From a virus (Duplodnaviria > Caudoviricetes), in IMG/VR virus record IMGVR_UViG_3300036794_000053, positions 1 to 64,000 of that record: a DNA stretch of 64,000 nucleotides, one strand, 5' to 3'. Below the pieces are notes generated by a model. It was given only the letters and a program-made list of their open reading frames with translations, was not told the origin of the DNA and did no database searches. The position numbers were made by a program, and so were the translations under genes. Shown here one piece after another: positions 8,567-18,370 of the stretch. The stretch's first letter is position 1, and every line of letters starts with the position of its first letter.

Positions 8567-8914
8567 ATGGCTGACATGCCAAACGATGTAGAAGAGTTGG
8601 CGGGGATGTTTCTGTCCGCGATGCACGAGTTGGACAAACCCGTCCCGAAGATGAAAGGGATGGACTTTGAAGCGCATTTCGCCGATGAGTTGACGACTTT
8701 GCGGGAAGCGCGGAAAACGTTAGCGCAGAGAATCATGTATGGCCAGCAGGTCAGTCTCAAAGAGCTGGCTCAAACGACGACTCTTGCCGGGTGGCTGCTG
8801 ATGTGCGCGAGGCAGGCCAAGCAGGTGCATTGGCAGTTGGAGCAGCGGGAGAAAGGTGAGTGCAGCTGCACTCCGGAGAGGCGTGATCGGGGGTGTCGGG
8901 TGCATGAGTCGTGA
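8567..8914 (+). CDS. Hypothetical protein
   Basis: TGATG coupling with upstream ORF 8238-8567. Confidence 0.6.
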   Translation: MADMPNDVEELAGMFLSAMHELDKPVPKMKGMDFEAHFADELTTLREARKTLAQRIMYGQQVSLKELAQTTTLAGWLLMCARQAKQVHWQLEQREKGECSCTPERRDRGCRVHES

Positions 8915-9257
8915 CCGGGCGAGTTTGTTGCTGCGGTTGTTGTGGAAGTTACCGGATGATTCGCGGCGTGCGTTGGCGAAGTCGGTGTTTTTCTGCGCGG
9001 GCTGGTTGACCAGGGTGAAGACGTATCAGCGGTATTACTCGATGGACAACCTGGACGATTTAGGTAGCGACGAGCCGCTTAAGTTCACGTTGGAGGGGCG
9101 GCATTGGGCGTCGTGCGAGTGGTCAATGAGCCTGTTGAACTTTTCGATGCAGTTGGACTGGGACCACTGGGACCACTGGGCGTGCATGCACGAGGACTGC
9201 GACCCATTCCCGTGCACGGTGTGCGGTGGGCTCGCATGCAGAAATGAGGAGGAGTGA
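8904..9257 (+). CDS. Hypothetical protein, C-terminal Cys cluster
   Basis: Overlapping ORF in operon. Confidence 0.55.
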   Translation: MSRDRASLLLRLLWKLPDDSRRALAKSVFFCAGWLTRVKTYQRYYSMDNLDDLGSDEPLKFTLEGRHWASCEWSMSLLNFSMQLDWDHWDHWACMHEDCDPFPCTVCGGLACRNEEE

Positions 9258-9457
9258 AGTACCAGAAGTTTATGGACGCTGCCAGAGAGTACATAGCCGA
9301 GCATCCGGAGCAGCGCCGAGGGCAGGCTTACATGAATGTGCTGTACACATTCGACCCGGACATGCACATCAAGTTGCCGCTGCATCTGGACCCGTACCAC
9401 CGGAATGATAGCTGTGCAACGTTCTTAAAGTTTTTACGAGAAACGTGGCCTGACTAG
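9254..9457 (+). CDS. Hypothetical protein
   Basis: GAGGAG RBS, GTGA overlap. Confidence 0.65.
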   Translation: MKYQKFMDAAREYIAEHPEQRRGQAYMNVLYTFDPDMHIKLPLHLDPYHRNDSCATFLKFLRETWPD

Positions 9458-10256
9458 GAGAAACAGCCATGACGTCACCTGTGTGGGTTACGTGGAAGTC
9501 TCCGTACACCAAAGGGACGACTTCAGTCGCGCACCGGGTCCGCGGTACGTTCAACACGGACATCCAGTTACGCACAAAATGCGGCCAAAGATTCGCCGGC
9601 CAGTGCGCGGTGGTAGCTGATCCGAACATCCCACGGTGCAAACGCTGCACCCCCTGAAAGGGAACAACCGTGCCTGGACGACACCGCCGCCCGTCAACAT
9701 TCGCCGCGTTCAACAGGTCGTTAAACTGGCAACTCGTCGGCACCGTCGCCGTCATGGGTGGAATGTTCGGCGGCATCCTGTGCGCCCCGCCAACACACAC
9801 AGCCGCGGTCGCTGCTCCCGTAGTGTCGTTGGCGCCGGCTGTGACGTTGTCGGTGCCCGCGTTGCTGCAGCCGATCAAACGTGCCCCGCTGGTCCGCGAG
9901 GTCGCCGATACCCATCCGCTTCCCGAGCGGTATCACCACTGGACGGAGGTCCGCCATTTCCACGGACACCACCGACGGCACCACTGTCGAGGACATCGAC
10001 GGTGATTGGTATCGGCTGCACGATTGCGACGGATGCGGTCTCCGACTCCCGATCGGTGTCTTCCTCGGCCAGCTCGAATCGAAAGACCACTACAACCAGC
10101 GGAAATATCACGACGGCGAATGTGAGGCGTTGTTCCACCGCAAACCCGTGACACCCAGCCCCGAGCTGGTCGATCGGAAACGCCCGAGGGCGGCGGCGAG
10201 GAGTAAGGCGTTGCGGAGGTTAGGTCAGATGTTCCCATCAAAGCTGCAGGAATTTC

Positions 10257-10520
10257 TTGACGAAGAGATGGAAGCCTCGCCCTGACTGGATGCTATCCGC
10301 GCCGTGCGCCAGCGTGGACCCAGAGATTTTCTTCCCCGACCCGAAGCAACGCCAAAACTCGTGGGCCGCGAAGAAAGTATGTGCACGCTGCCCATATAAG
10401 GCGCCGTGCGTGTTGTGGGCGATTGAACACCACGAGAAGTGGGGCATTTGGGGTGGGTTAGGCCCCGATGCCCGTCAACTACTTGCCGTTGAACTCGGTT
10501 TCCCGACCGAGGCGGCATGA
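10257..10520 (+). CDS. whiB: WhiB-family transcriptional regulator
   Basis: C...DPEIFFP...AKKVCARCPYKAPC...GIWGG. Confidence 0.93.
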   Translation: MTKRWKPRPDWMLSAPCASVDPEIFFPDPKQRQNSWAAKKVCARCPYKAPCVLWAIEHHEKWGIWGGLGPDARQLLAVELGFPTEAA

Positions 10521-10534
10521 CAGGAGAGAGCGAC

Positions 10535-10936
10535 ATGGCGAACATCAAGATGTTGGAAGAAGTAATGGACTACATCAAGACACATCCGGAGCAGCTTCGG
10601 CAGGATGTGTGGGCAACCCAGAAGGCGGATTGTGGGACGGCGTGCTGCTTCGCCGGCTGGACCGCGGTGCTCAACGGGTACCAGTTGGACTGGCTGGAAG
10701 ACGACGACATGACATCCATCGTCCGCGACAAGGACGGGATTCACCACGTCATCTCCGACCTCGCGGAAGAACTCCTTGACCTGACCCAGTTCGAGGGTGA
10801 TGTGTTGTTCGCGGGGTCGAACACGATCGACGAGCTGGAGCAGATGGTGAAAAACCTGGCCAACGGCGCCCACATCAAGGCCTGCCTGGCTGTCACTGTG
10901 CCGGCCACTGTTCCCGTTCTGCCGGAGGCGGCGTGA
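10535..10936 (+). CDS. Paralog family A, copy 1
   Basis: MANI..L..V..YI..HPE...Q..WA....CGT.CCFAG motif. Confidence 0.8.
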   Translation: MANIKMLEEVMDYIKTHPEQLRQDVWATQKADCGTACCFAGWTAVLNGYQLDWLEDDDMTSIVRDKDGIHHVISDLAEELLDLTQFEGDVLFAGSNTIDELEQMVKNLANGAHIKACLAVTVPATVPVLPEAA

Positions 10937-11319
10937 TGGCAAACATCCCAGAACTGGAACGCGTACTCCAGTACATTAAGGACCACCCAGAGCAGCACGA
11001 CCAGAACATATGGGCCGCTAAGCACGGGTGCAAAACGACGATGTGTTTCGCCGGCACTGCGGTTGCGTTGTCTGACCAGTACGACTTGGTGTGGGAGCGA
11101 GGCGCCATCACTGGCATCTACAGTTGCGCCCAGGCGGTTGACCGGGAAACGTGGGAAATTGTGTCTGTTCGCGGGGCTGCCGAAAGGATTCTGGGGCTTG
11201 AAAACAGGGAGTCTTCAGCGTTGTTCAACTGGTCACGCACCCGCGACGACCTGGAGCTGATGGTGAAGAACCTCGCCAACGGCGACGACGTCCTCAAAGG
11301 TATGGGTGAGTCATTCTGA
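10936..11319 (+). CDS. Paralog family A, copy 2
   Basis: Same motif; TGATG coupling. Confidence 0.8.
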   Translation: MANIPELERVLQYIKDHPEQHDQNIWAAKHGCKTTMCFAGTAVALSDQYDLVWERGAITGIYSCAQAVDRETWEIVSVRGAAERILGLENRESSALFNWSRTRDDLELMVKNLANGDDVLKGMGESF

Positions 11320-11729
11320 TGGCGAACATTCCAGAACTAGAACGCGTCCTTCAGTACATCAAGGACCACCCGGAGGAACACGACCAGCATTCGTGGGCGC
11401 ATCGGGGTCCGTCGTGTGGGACGACGATGTGTTTCGCCGGCACCGCGGTCCAGTTGTCGGGCAAGTATCAGTTGGAGTGGTCGGCGACGGAAGGCGCTGC
11501 CTACGCCCGCGCGAACAATGCTACCGATGCTCGTGGGCGCTCCTGGTTTATCCCGGATGCCGCGGAGGAACTCCTAGGCCTCACCGCGCGTGAGTCTCAT
11601 GCGCTGTTCCTCGCCGCGACCAACATCGACGAGCTGGAACTGATGGTGAAGAACTTGGCCAACGGCGACCATGCCCGCACCGGACTAATCGAACTGCGTG
11701 AAGCAAAGAGGAGACGTTCTGATGGCTAA
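11319..11729 (+). CDS. Paralog family A, copy 3
   Basis: N-terminus nearly identical to copy 2. Confidence 0.8.
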   Translation: MANIPELERVLQYIKDHPEEHDQHSWAHRGPSCGTTMCFAGTAVQLSGKYQLEWSATEGAAYARANNATDARGRSWFIPDAAEELLGLTARESHALFLAATNIDELELMVKNLANGDHARTGLIELREAKRRRSDG

Positions 11730-12228
11730 TGTTGCGCTGCTCGGAAAGGTACTCGACCACATTCGGGCCAACCGGAAAGAGCACAGCCAGGAACAGTGGG
11801 CCCGCACCACTCGCTGTGGAACAACCTACTGTTTCGCGGGGTGGACGGTGCAGCTGGCCGGACATGAGATCGATTGGAGTGACTGCGCGATCACCGAGAC
11901 GCTAGATGTGTATGACGACGCGGTCTTCGTCACCGGTTCCTGCAAGGTACCCGACGAGCGGCCGGAATATGGGGAGTTGTTCGGCGGGTCGGCGGCGATC
12001 TGGACTGTGGCCCGCTACGAGCTCGGGCTGACCGAGAATGAGGCGGCCGCACTGTTCATGGGGGCGAACACATTCGCCGCTGTGGAGGAGACGGTGGCCC
12101 GGATCATCGCCGACGAGGAACTGACCGAGGAACTGCACGCTGAACAGGCCCGCGCCGCCGAACTGACCGCCGCGCTAGCTGTTGAGCTTGACCTCGCGGC
12201 GGGGTTGCGCGAGTTGGTCGCGGCCTAA
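11722..12228 (+). CDS. Paralog family A, copy 4
   Basis: CGTTYCFAGW motif. Confidence 0.8.
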   Translation: MANVALLGKVLDHIRANRKEHSQEQWARTTRCGTTYCFAGWTVQLAGHEIDWSDCAITETLDVYDDAVFVTGSCKVPDERPEYGELFGGSAAIWTVARYELGLTENEAAALFMGANTFAAVEETVARIIADEELTEELHAEQARAAELTAALAVELDLAAGLRELVAA

Positions 12229-13027
12229 GTTGAGCGACGAGCAGAAGAAGGCGCCGCTCCGGAACGGCGAAGGCTACTACGTTTTGGAGGACGGCTCGAA
12301 GCTGCTCAGCGTCACAAACATCAAGAAAGGCGGCATCCCCGTTGATCTGACCGGGTGGGCTGGGTACCAAGCCGGCATGCTGGCCATGGAGTTGGTGCCC
12401 AAGCTCACCCGGGTCCGCGGGGCGCAGGACCGACGGGTCATGGCCCAATGGCTCGGCCAAGTCTCGGACCGTATCCGTGACGAGGCGGGCCGGCTCGGCG
12501 GCCATGTGCATGACGCGATCGAAGCGCACATCATGGGCCAGCCGATACCGACATTGACGGAGAAGGAGGAGTTGTTCTTCCAGGCCTACCTCAACTTCTT
12601 CGAGATCGAACGCCCGCAATATGAGCATGTCGAGTTGACGGTGGCGCACATCGAGCACGGGTGGGCGGGGAAGCTGGATTGCACCGCGCATTTGCCGCGG
12701 CGGAAGGAAGGGTTGTGGCTCCTAGACTGGAAGACGTCCAGTAAGGCGCATGCTGATTTCGCGTTGCAAGTCGCCGCGTACCAGCGGGCCACAGTCGGCT
12801 GGTTGCGGGACGGCACCCAGATCGTGCCACCAAAGGTGGAGCAGTGCGCGGTGGTGCACATACGGCCAGATAAGTACCCGGATGTGGGGTACCGGATTGT
12901 GCCGATGTACACGGGCGACGATGTGTACGAGTGTTTTCTGTGTGCGAGGAAGATAGCGATCGAGTGGGATCGGGAGTTGTCGAAATCGGCTCGGGGTAGG
13001 GCGTTGAAGGTGTTGGAGCGGGAATGA
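12182..13027 (+). CDS. PD-(D/E)XK exonuclease (RecE/Cas4-like recombination exonuclease)
   Basis: GGHVHDAIE, AGKLD, LLDWKTS, LQVAAY; adjacent to ERF. Start uncertain. Confidence 0.85.
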   Translation: MSLTSRRGCASWSRPKLSDEQKKAPLRNGEGYYVLEDGSKLLSVTNIKKGGIPVDLTGWAGYQAGMLAMELVPKLTRVRGAQDRRVMAQWLGQVSDRIRDEAGRLGGHVHDAIEAHIMGQPIPTLTEKEELFFQAYLNFFEIERPQYEHVELTVAHIEHGWAGKLDCTAHLPRRKEGLWLLDWKTSSKAHADFALQVAAYQRATVGWLRDGTQIVPPKVEQCAVVHIRPDKYPDVGYRIVPMYTGDDVYECFLCARKIAIEWDRELSKSARGRALKVLERE

Positions 13028-13034
13028 GTGGGTT

Positions 13035-13754
13035 ATGACGGAGTCGTTGGCGTCGGCGTTGGCGCAGGTGCAGACGCAGTTGCCGAAGGTGGGGAAGTCC
13101 AGCACGGCGAAGGTGGGTCAGTACAGCTACTCGTACGCTGATTTGGCGTCGATCCACAACGTGGTGCTGCCGCTATTGGGCCAGCATGGGTTGGCGTGGA
13201 TGACGATGCCCACGTTCAACGACGACGGCATGTTCGTGTTGCGGTATGAGCTGCTGCACGTGTCCGGGGAATGCCGGGTGGGGCACTATCCGTTGCCGGC
13301 GTCGACGAGCAAGGCGCAGGAGCTCGGGTCGGCCATCACCTACGGCCGCAGGTACTGCCTGTCCAGCGTGATTGGGATTGCGCCGGATGATGACGACGAC
13401 GGCGCCGCCGCGCAGAAGGCGAAACCGCAGCGGGTTCCGAAAGCGAAGCCCACACTGGATGTGGATTCGGTCCGGGCCGCGCTACACGCCGCGACGTCAC
13501 TGGACGATTTGCGGGAGTTGTGGCCCGAGGCGAAAGCGGCGGGGTTGCAGCCGTTGTGGAAAGAGATGGGCAACAGATTCCGCACCGTCGAAGCGGTCGA
13601 CTCGGTGGATAAGCTGTGGGCCACCGTGATGGAGACGGTGCCGGAGGACTGGCCAACGTCCAAGGTTGAGGCCGACTTCGAAGAGTTCACTGGGGTCGCG
13701 GTGGAGAAAGCCAACGCCCAACATATGCAGGCCTACCTTGCGCACCTGTCATGA
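13035..13754 (+). CDS. erf: ERF-family ssDNA annealing protein
   Basis: YSYADL and QELGSAITYGRRYCLSSVIGIAPDDDDDG. Confidence 0.9.
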   Translation: MTESLASALAQVQTQLPKVGKSSTAKVGQYSYSYADLASIHNVVLPLLGQHGLAWMTMPTFNDDGMFVLRYELLHVSGECRVGHYPLPASTSKAQELGSAITYGRRYCLSSVIGIAPDDDDDGAAAQKAKPQRVPKAKPTLDVDSVRAALHAATSLDDLRELWPEAKAAGLQPLWKEMGNRFRTVEAVDSVDKLWATVMETVPEDWPTSKVEADFEEFTGVAVEKANAQHMQAYLAHLS

Positions 13755-14104
13755 GCGACGAAGTCCTCAACCCCGTCGAGATCGAGCAGAACATTCAGGA
13801 GGTGCGCCGCCGAATCCACAACGGCGTCAAGGTCGTCACGCAGGCACGTAAGGCGTACAACGTGGCGAAACGCGCCTACGCCAAAGCGTTCGCGCTGGCC
13901 TATCTCGGCTATGAGGGGGCGGCGCATGAACGGAAGTACGGCGCCGAGCTCGCCACCGAGGACCAACGCGAAGCGATGGACACCGCCGAGGAAGCATTCA
14001 AATACGCCCTCGAACTGTCCGAGGCGTTACGTGACGATCTGCGGGCGTTGCAGTCGATCGGTGCGTCGGTGCGGGCGATGTACAGCACCGAGGGCCGGTC
14101 ATGA
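13751..14104 (+). CDS. Helical hypothetical protein
   Basis: ATGA overlaps on both sides. Confidence 0.7.
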   Translation: MSDEVLNPVEIEQNIQEVRRRIHNGVKVVTQARKAYNVAKRAYAKAFALAYLGYEGAAHERKYGAELATEDQREAMDTAEEAFKYALELSEALRDDLRALQSIGASVRAMYSTEGRS

Positions 14105-14433
14105 CGAACACCGGACCGAACGAATACGTGGTTAATGCGGCGTTGGAGCGGGCGAACCACTGTTGTGAACGGTGCGGCCGGCCGCGTCCGGAGCAGATTC
14201 ACCACCGGAAACCCCGAGGTGCGGGCGGGACGTCTGATCCGAAGATAAATGTGCTGTCGAATCTGTTGGTGTTGTGTTCGGCGTGTCACGTGGAGGTGGA
14301 GAGCGACCGGGCAGTGGCGTATGAGCAGGGTTGGTTGGTGCGGCGGAACGCCGATCCAGCGAAGACGCGGGTGTGGTTGGCGTTCCGAGGGTTCTCGTGG
14401 TTGTCCGACGATGGTGCGGTGGAGGTGGAGTGA
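14101..14433 (+). CDS. HNH endonuclease
   Basis: CERC...HHRKPRGAGG...NLLVLCSACH. Confidence 0.88.
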   Translation: MTNTGPNEYVVNAALERANHCCERCGRPRPEQIHHRKPRGAGGTSDPKINVLSNLLVLCSACHVEVESDRAVAYEQGWLVRRNADPAKTRVWLAFRGFSWLSDDGAVEVE

Positions 14434-14792
14434 TGTTGGGACCGGAGGTGGTGTATCTCGATGAGATTGAGCGGGCGCTCGCGGAACTTATCGAAATCAT
14501 CCGCCCATATATCAACGTGTTGTCCGGGTTTGAAACAGCCGAAGAGATCAGGGCCTTCCTGGCGAAGGAAGGAGTGACGGGGCGGACGTACGAGTCGGAG
14601 TCTTGCCCGGTTGCGGAGTACCTGCGGGCGAAGAGTGGGTTCAAGGTGACGGTGGGCTACACCAAAATCTCGGCGTGCAGCACTATCCCGTTGCTGCATT
14701 TGGCCACGCTCGGTGTCCCGACACCAGCGATGGTTGACTTCATCATTAACTTCGATCAGGGTGACTACCCAGAATTGTTGGTGACCAAGTGA
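14433..14792 (+). CDS. Paralog family B, copy 1
   Basis: TAEEIRAFLA...CPVAEYL...TPAMVDFIINFDQGDYPEL. Confidence 0.7.
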   Translation: MLGPEVVYLDEIERALAELIEIIRPYINVLSGFETAEEIRAFLAKEGVTGRTYESESCPVAEYLRAKSGFKVTVGYTKISACSTIPLLHLATLGVPTPAMVDFIINFDQGDYPELLVTK

Positions 14793-15310
14793 CGTACCAG
14801 TCTGGACTTGCCGAGGCGCTCACGCCGGCAGGAGCGAAGTTTTCCACAAGGAGCCACGCGTATTCGCCGGAAGAGGTTGAGGAGATTCGCCTCGCGGTCG
14901 ACCCGTACTTCCAGAAACTCGCCGACTGCCAGACGGCCGAGGAGATCAGGAAGTTCCTGGCCGACGAGGAGGTGAAGGCAATCCCCGGGATTTCCAGCGA
15001 CTGCGCGGTCGCCGCATACCTGACCGCCGGCTCGGGCCACCAGATGTGGGTAGGTAGGACGCACACCTGGATCACAAACGGGTACAGCGAGGGTGACTTG
15101 CGGATCGTCAACACCCCCGCAATGGAGGAGTTCACCCGGGAGTTCGACAAATTGAGCTACCCGGAGTTGGTGGACCAGCCACGGTGGAACGCGGTGAAGA
15201 AAGCTCGGTCTGAGGCAACGGAAAGGTTTAAGCACATCAGTACCAACGTCGTGTCCGCACTGGGCGACGTCACCGTCAATGTGACCGTCACTACGGACAG
15301 CCCATGGTAA
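14789..15310 (+). CDS. Paralog family B, copy 2
   Basis: TAEEIRKFLA...CAVAAYL...TPAMEEFTREFDKLSYPEL. Confidence 0.7.
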   Translation: MTYQSGLAEALTPAGAKFSTRSHAYSPEEVEEIRLAVDPYFQKLADCQTAEEIRKFLADEEVKAIPGISSDCAVAAYLTAGSGHQMWVGRTHTWITNGYSEGDLRIVNTPAMEEFTREFDKLSYPELVDQPRWNAVKKARSEATERFKHISTNVVSALGDVTVNVTVTTDSPW

Positions 15311-15504
15311 TGGGACGTGCGCTGTCCGATAGCGCGGCCCGCGAGATTCGGCTGCGCCGTGCCGCGGGTGCGAACCAAGAGGACTTGGCTGAACAGTTCG
15401 GCGTGTCCCAAGCACTGGTGTCGATGATTGTGAACGGCCGTAAGTATCGGGACGCCGGCGGACCAGTGCAAAGGCCACGACCCTATTACAGGAGGAAGAA
15501 CTGA
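15304..15504 (+). CDS. Small HTH DNA-binding protein
   Basis: NQEDLAEQFGVSQALVSMIVNG. Confidence 0.8.
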   Translation: MVMGRALSDSAAREIRLRRAAGANQEDLAEQFGVSQALVSMIVNGRKYRDAGGPVQRPRPYYRRKN

Positions 15505-15917
15505 TGGCGCATAACGTGAATGTTCCCGTGCTGCGCAAAGCATTGGAGCACATCACCGCGCACCCCGAGGAATGGCGGCAGCATTCATGGGCTGTGCAGG
15601 AAGCGGGTTGCGGTACCGCGTACTGCCTGGCTGGGACTATCGCTGTCCAGCAGGGGTATGAGCTGGACTTCGAGCCAGTGGTGCTCCTCGATTCGAGGGA
15701 CCACGCGGAAGTGAGGGCGCAAATGGCCAGCTGCACGAAAGACGGCCAGCGAATCGCCGAGGTCGCCGCACGCGAGGCAGGACTCCCAACTTACGACATT
15801 CGTAGTAGCGGCGTCGGCCATATCTTCAGCGGTTTCAACTCGCTGTCTGATCTGTGGCGGATGGCGAACACATTGACCGACGGCGAGATCGAGATTCCGG
15901 CTGGGCTGGAGGACTAA
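15504..15917 (+). CDS. Paralog family A, copy 5
   Basis: [11 protein letters not shown]...CGTAYCLAG. Confidence 0.75.
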   Translation: MAHNVNVPVLRKALEHITAHPEEWRQHSWAVQEAGCGTAYCLAGTIAVQQGYELDFEPVVLLDSRDHAEVRAQMASCTKDGQRIAEVAAREAGLPTYDIRSSGVGHIFSGFNSLSDLWRMANTLTDGEIEIPAGLED

Positions 15918-16357
15918 TGGCGCAGGGTGATGTCAACATCACGGTGGTCGGTAACCTTACGGCGGCGCCGGAAGTGAAGTACACCGCGTCGGGTGCGGCG
16001 GTCGCTAACTTTACGGTGGCTTCGACTCCGCGGTCGTTTAATAAAGATACGAAGGAGTGGGAGGACGGGGAGTCTCTGTTTTTGCGTTGCAGTATTTGGC
16101 GTGATGCGGCGGAGAATGTGAGGGAGTCGTTGGATCGTGGGCATCGTGTGATTGTTACGGGTCGGTTGAAGTCGCGTTCGTTTGAGACGAAGGAGGGTGA
16201 GCGGCGGACGGTGTTGGAGTTGGAGGTTGAGGAGGTTGGTCCGTCGTTGCGGTATGCGCAGGCTGAGGTGACGAAAACACCACGGTCAGGCGGGAAGCCG
16301 CGGCCAAACGTGGGGCATGAGGAGTTTGTTGGCGCGGATGAGGAGCCACCGTTCTAA
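15917..16357 (+). CDS. ssb: Single-stranded DNA-binding protein
   Basis: [10 protein letters not shown]...[10 protein letters not shown]...; acidic tail DEEPPF. Confidence 0.95.
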   Translation: MAQGDVNITVVGNLTAAPEVKYTASGAAVANFTVASTPRSFNKDTKEWEDGESLFLRCSIWRDAAENVRESLDRGHRVIVTGRLKSRSFETKEGERRTVLELEVEEVGPSLRYAQAEVTKTPRSGGKPRPNVGHEEFVGADEEPPF

Positions 16358-17529
16358 TGGAAGAGAAGAAGGTGGACTACCCGCAGCTATTCGACGCATT
16401 GCCGGATTCTGTTGAGGCTGCACTACGGGCCAGCATAGAGAAATTCGGAGTGCTTGTCCCGATCGTGCGTGACCAGCATGGTGGGATGATCGATGGAAGG
16501 CATCGTGCTCGGATCGCCGATGAGCTCGGGGTGTCATATCGGGTCGACGTTGTTCAAGTCATCGGCGCCGAGGAGGCTCGGGAAATTCAGCGGACTCTGA
16601 ACGCCGATCGACGGCACCTGTCAGGGGAGCAGCTGCGCGAACATATTGTTTTCTTGGCTCAGCAGGTTGATGAGGACGGAGTCGGCGTCTATTCGCAGCC
16701 AACTATCGCTCAAGTCACTGGTGTGTCGCAACCGTATGTAAACCAAACGCTGGGCGACGACCAACTTATAAGTACTTATAAGTTGCCAGACCGGCGCTTG
16801 GGGGCGGACGGGAAAGTCCGTCCGGCTCGTCGGCCGCCGACCTTGATCCCTGCCTCATCCGAGGCCCAAGCGGCCCGTGCGAGCGAGGTGCTGAACAAAC
16901 TCTATAACAGGTCGTGGGCCCAGAACCCAACGGCGACCGAGGTGATTCGGGAAGGCCGTCAAGCCGCTAAGGCTGAGCGTGTTGCGGCGATCGCTGCCGC
17001 TCCTGTATCCGCGATCGGAGAAGACGAGACATTCCCGGTAGTTCTTGCCGACCCGCCCTGGCGCTACGACTATGCCGAGGACACGAGCAGGCAGATCGAG
17101 AACCACTATCCGACCATGACTATCGACGAAATGGCGGAACTTTATGTCCCGTCAGCTGAGGACTGCGTGCTGTTCTGTTGGGCCACAAGTCCGAAGCTGC
17201 GTGACGCATTCGTTCTATTGGACGCGTGGGACTTCATCTATAAGACGTGCATGGTGTGGGTGAAGGACAAGATCGGCATGGGCTATTACGCGCGGCAGCA
17301 ACATGAACTGCTATTGATTGCCACGAAAGGTAACTTGCCGGTACCGGAGCCAGCCGATCGTCCGTCGTCGGTCTTCCATGGTGAGCGGACTGCGCACTCA
17401 GCCAAGCCACCAATTGCACACGAGCTGATCGAAGCCATGTACCCGCACTACCGGAGATGCGAAATGTTTGCACGGCAGCCACGCGAGGGCTGGAAAGTAT
17501 GGGGCAACCAGGCAGGCGGTGCGGCATGA
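16357..17529 (+). CDS. ParB-like N-domain + HTH + MT-A70-family adenine methyltransferase
   Basis: LRASIEKFGVLVPI...IDGRHR; VVLADPPW; HYPTM; HELLLIATKG; HSAKP; EMFAR. Confidence 0.88.
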   Translation: MEEKKVDYPQLFDALPDSVEAALRASIEKFGVLVPIVRDQHGGMIDGRHRARIADELGVSYRVDVVQVIGAEEAREIQRTLNADRRHLSGEQLREHIVFLAQQVDEDGVGVYSQPTIAQVTGVSQPYVNQTLGDDQLISTYKLPDRRLGADGKVRPARRPPTLIPASSEAQAARASEVLNKLYNRSWAQNPTATEVIREGRQAAKAERVAAIAAAPVSAIGEDETFPVVLADPPWRYDYAEDTSRQIENHYPTMTIDEMAELYVPSAEDCVLFCWATSPKLRDAFVLLDAWDFIYKTCMVWVKDKIGMGYYARQQHELLLIATKGNLPVPEPADRPSSVFHGERTAHSAKPPIAHELIEAMYPHYRRCEMFARQPREGWKVWGNQAGGAA

Positions 17530-18032
17530 TTCACGACTTCCAAGAAAGTTTGGCGAAGTCGCACGCTCAAGCCGATGCGTCGTGGTGGGAGCAGGTATAC
17601 CGCAAAGCATTCCCGACCATGACGGCAATGAGAGACGTGCGCGCCGACGGGTGGGCTCAGCGCGGCGGCATTGATCGGTTCGTTGATCTCCGGGACGGTT
17701 CGTCGATCAAGATCGACGAGAAGGTGCGCTACGAGGATTACGGCGACATATTCCTAGAGTACTGGTCAAGTCGAGAGCACAATACACCTGGCTGGACGAT
17801 CAGAGATTTGACCTGCGACTACATTGCCTACGCTATCGTCCCAACGGAGACATGCTATCTCTTCCCATTCCAGGTGTTGCGGAGGTGCGCACAGGAATAC
17901 TGGCCGGAGTGGAAGCACTACAAGAAAGTGTTCGGAGAGAACCCTGGGTATACCACGGAAGGCCGGGCCATTCCGACTGAGGTCCTTCTGACCGCTATCC
18001 GTGACGCCATGGTCATTAAGTGGGACGCTTGA
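17526..18032 (+). CDS. Putative PD-(D/E)XK nuclease-fold protein
   Basis: GID...IDEK...IFLE pattern; ATGA-coupled to the methylase. Confidence 0.55.
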   Translation: MIHDFQESLAKSHAQADASWWEQVYRKAFPTMTAMRDVRADGWAQRGGIDRFVDLRDGSSIKIDEKVRYEDYGDIFLEYWSSREHNTPGWTIRDLTCDYIAYAIVPTETCYLFPFQVLRRCAQEYWPEWKHYKKVFGENPGYTTEGRAIPTEVLLTAIRDAMVIKWDA

Positions 18033-18370
18033 TGAGCGACGACGAGAATGTCATGGGCGAAGCGGTGTATGACTACATAAAGGCGTGGCTGCGAGAGAAC
18101 GACTATTCCGTGGGCGCCGGCGGCGTTGTTACCGGACGTGAGAACGTCAAGCTTTTCCAGCCGGGACGTGCGCCGGCGCCTAGAGGCCGTTCCGTTCTTG
18201 GTGTACGCCGACAGTGTTCACGCTGCGGCAAGCACCTCATGGTCACTGTTCACTACAACGACGGGAAGGTGTGTGACTCGTGGGGCGCGGTCTTGTTTGA
18301 TGATGAGACCGTGTGCGATTGCTGCCTAGGTGAATGTCCCGAAGGCTGCGTTCCTAAGAGCAAGGGTTAG
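18032..18370 (+). CDS. Zn-binding hypothetical protein
   Basis: CxxC motifs; coupled start. Confidence 0.55.
   Translation: MSDDENVMGEAVYDYIKAWLRENDYSVGAGGVVTGRENVKLFQPGRAPAPRGRSVLGVRRQCSRCGKHLMVTVHYNDGKVCDSWGAVLFDDETVCDCCLGECPEGCVPKSKG

Noticed and set aside
12182-13027. Cas4 as part of the RAMP system
   Set aside because: No four-Cys Fe-S pattern evident; adjacency to ERF indicates a recombination exonuclease.
16052-16063. Gapped match of array triplets (AA.GA.TG.GA) to ssb, and a similar 4-dinucleotide match near 27738
   Set aside because: Only 8 specified bases and the following positions mismatch; expected by chance.
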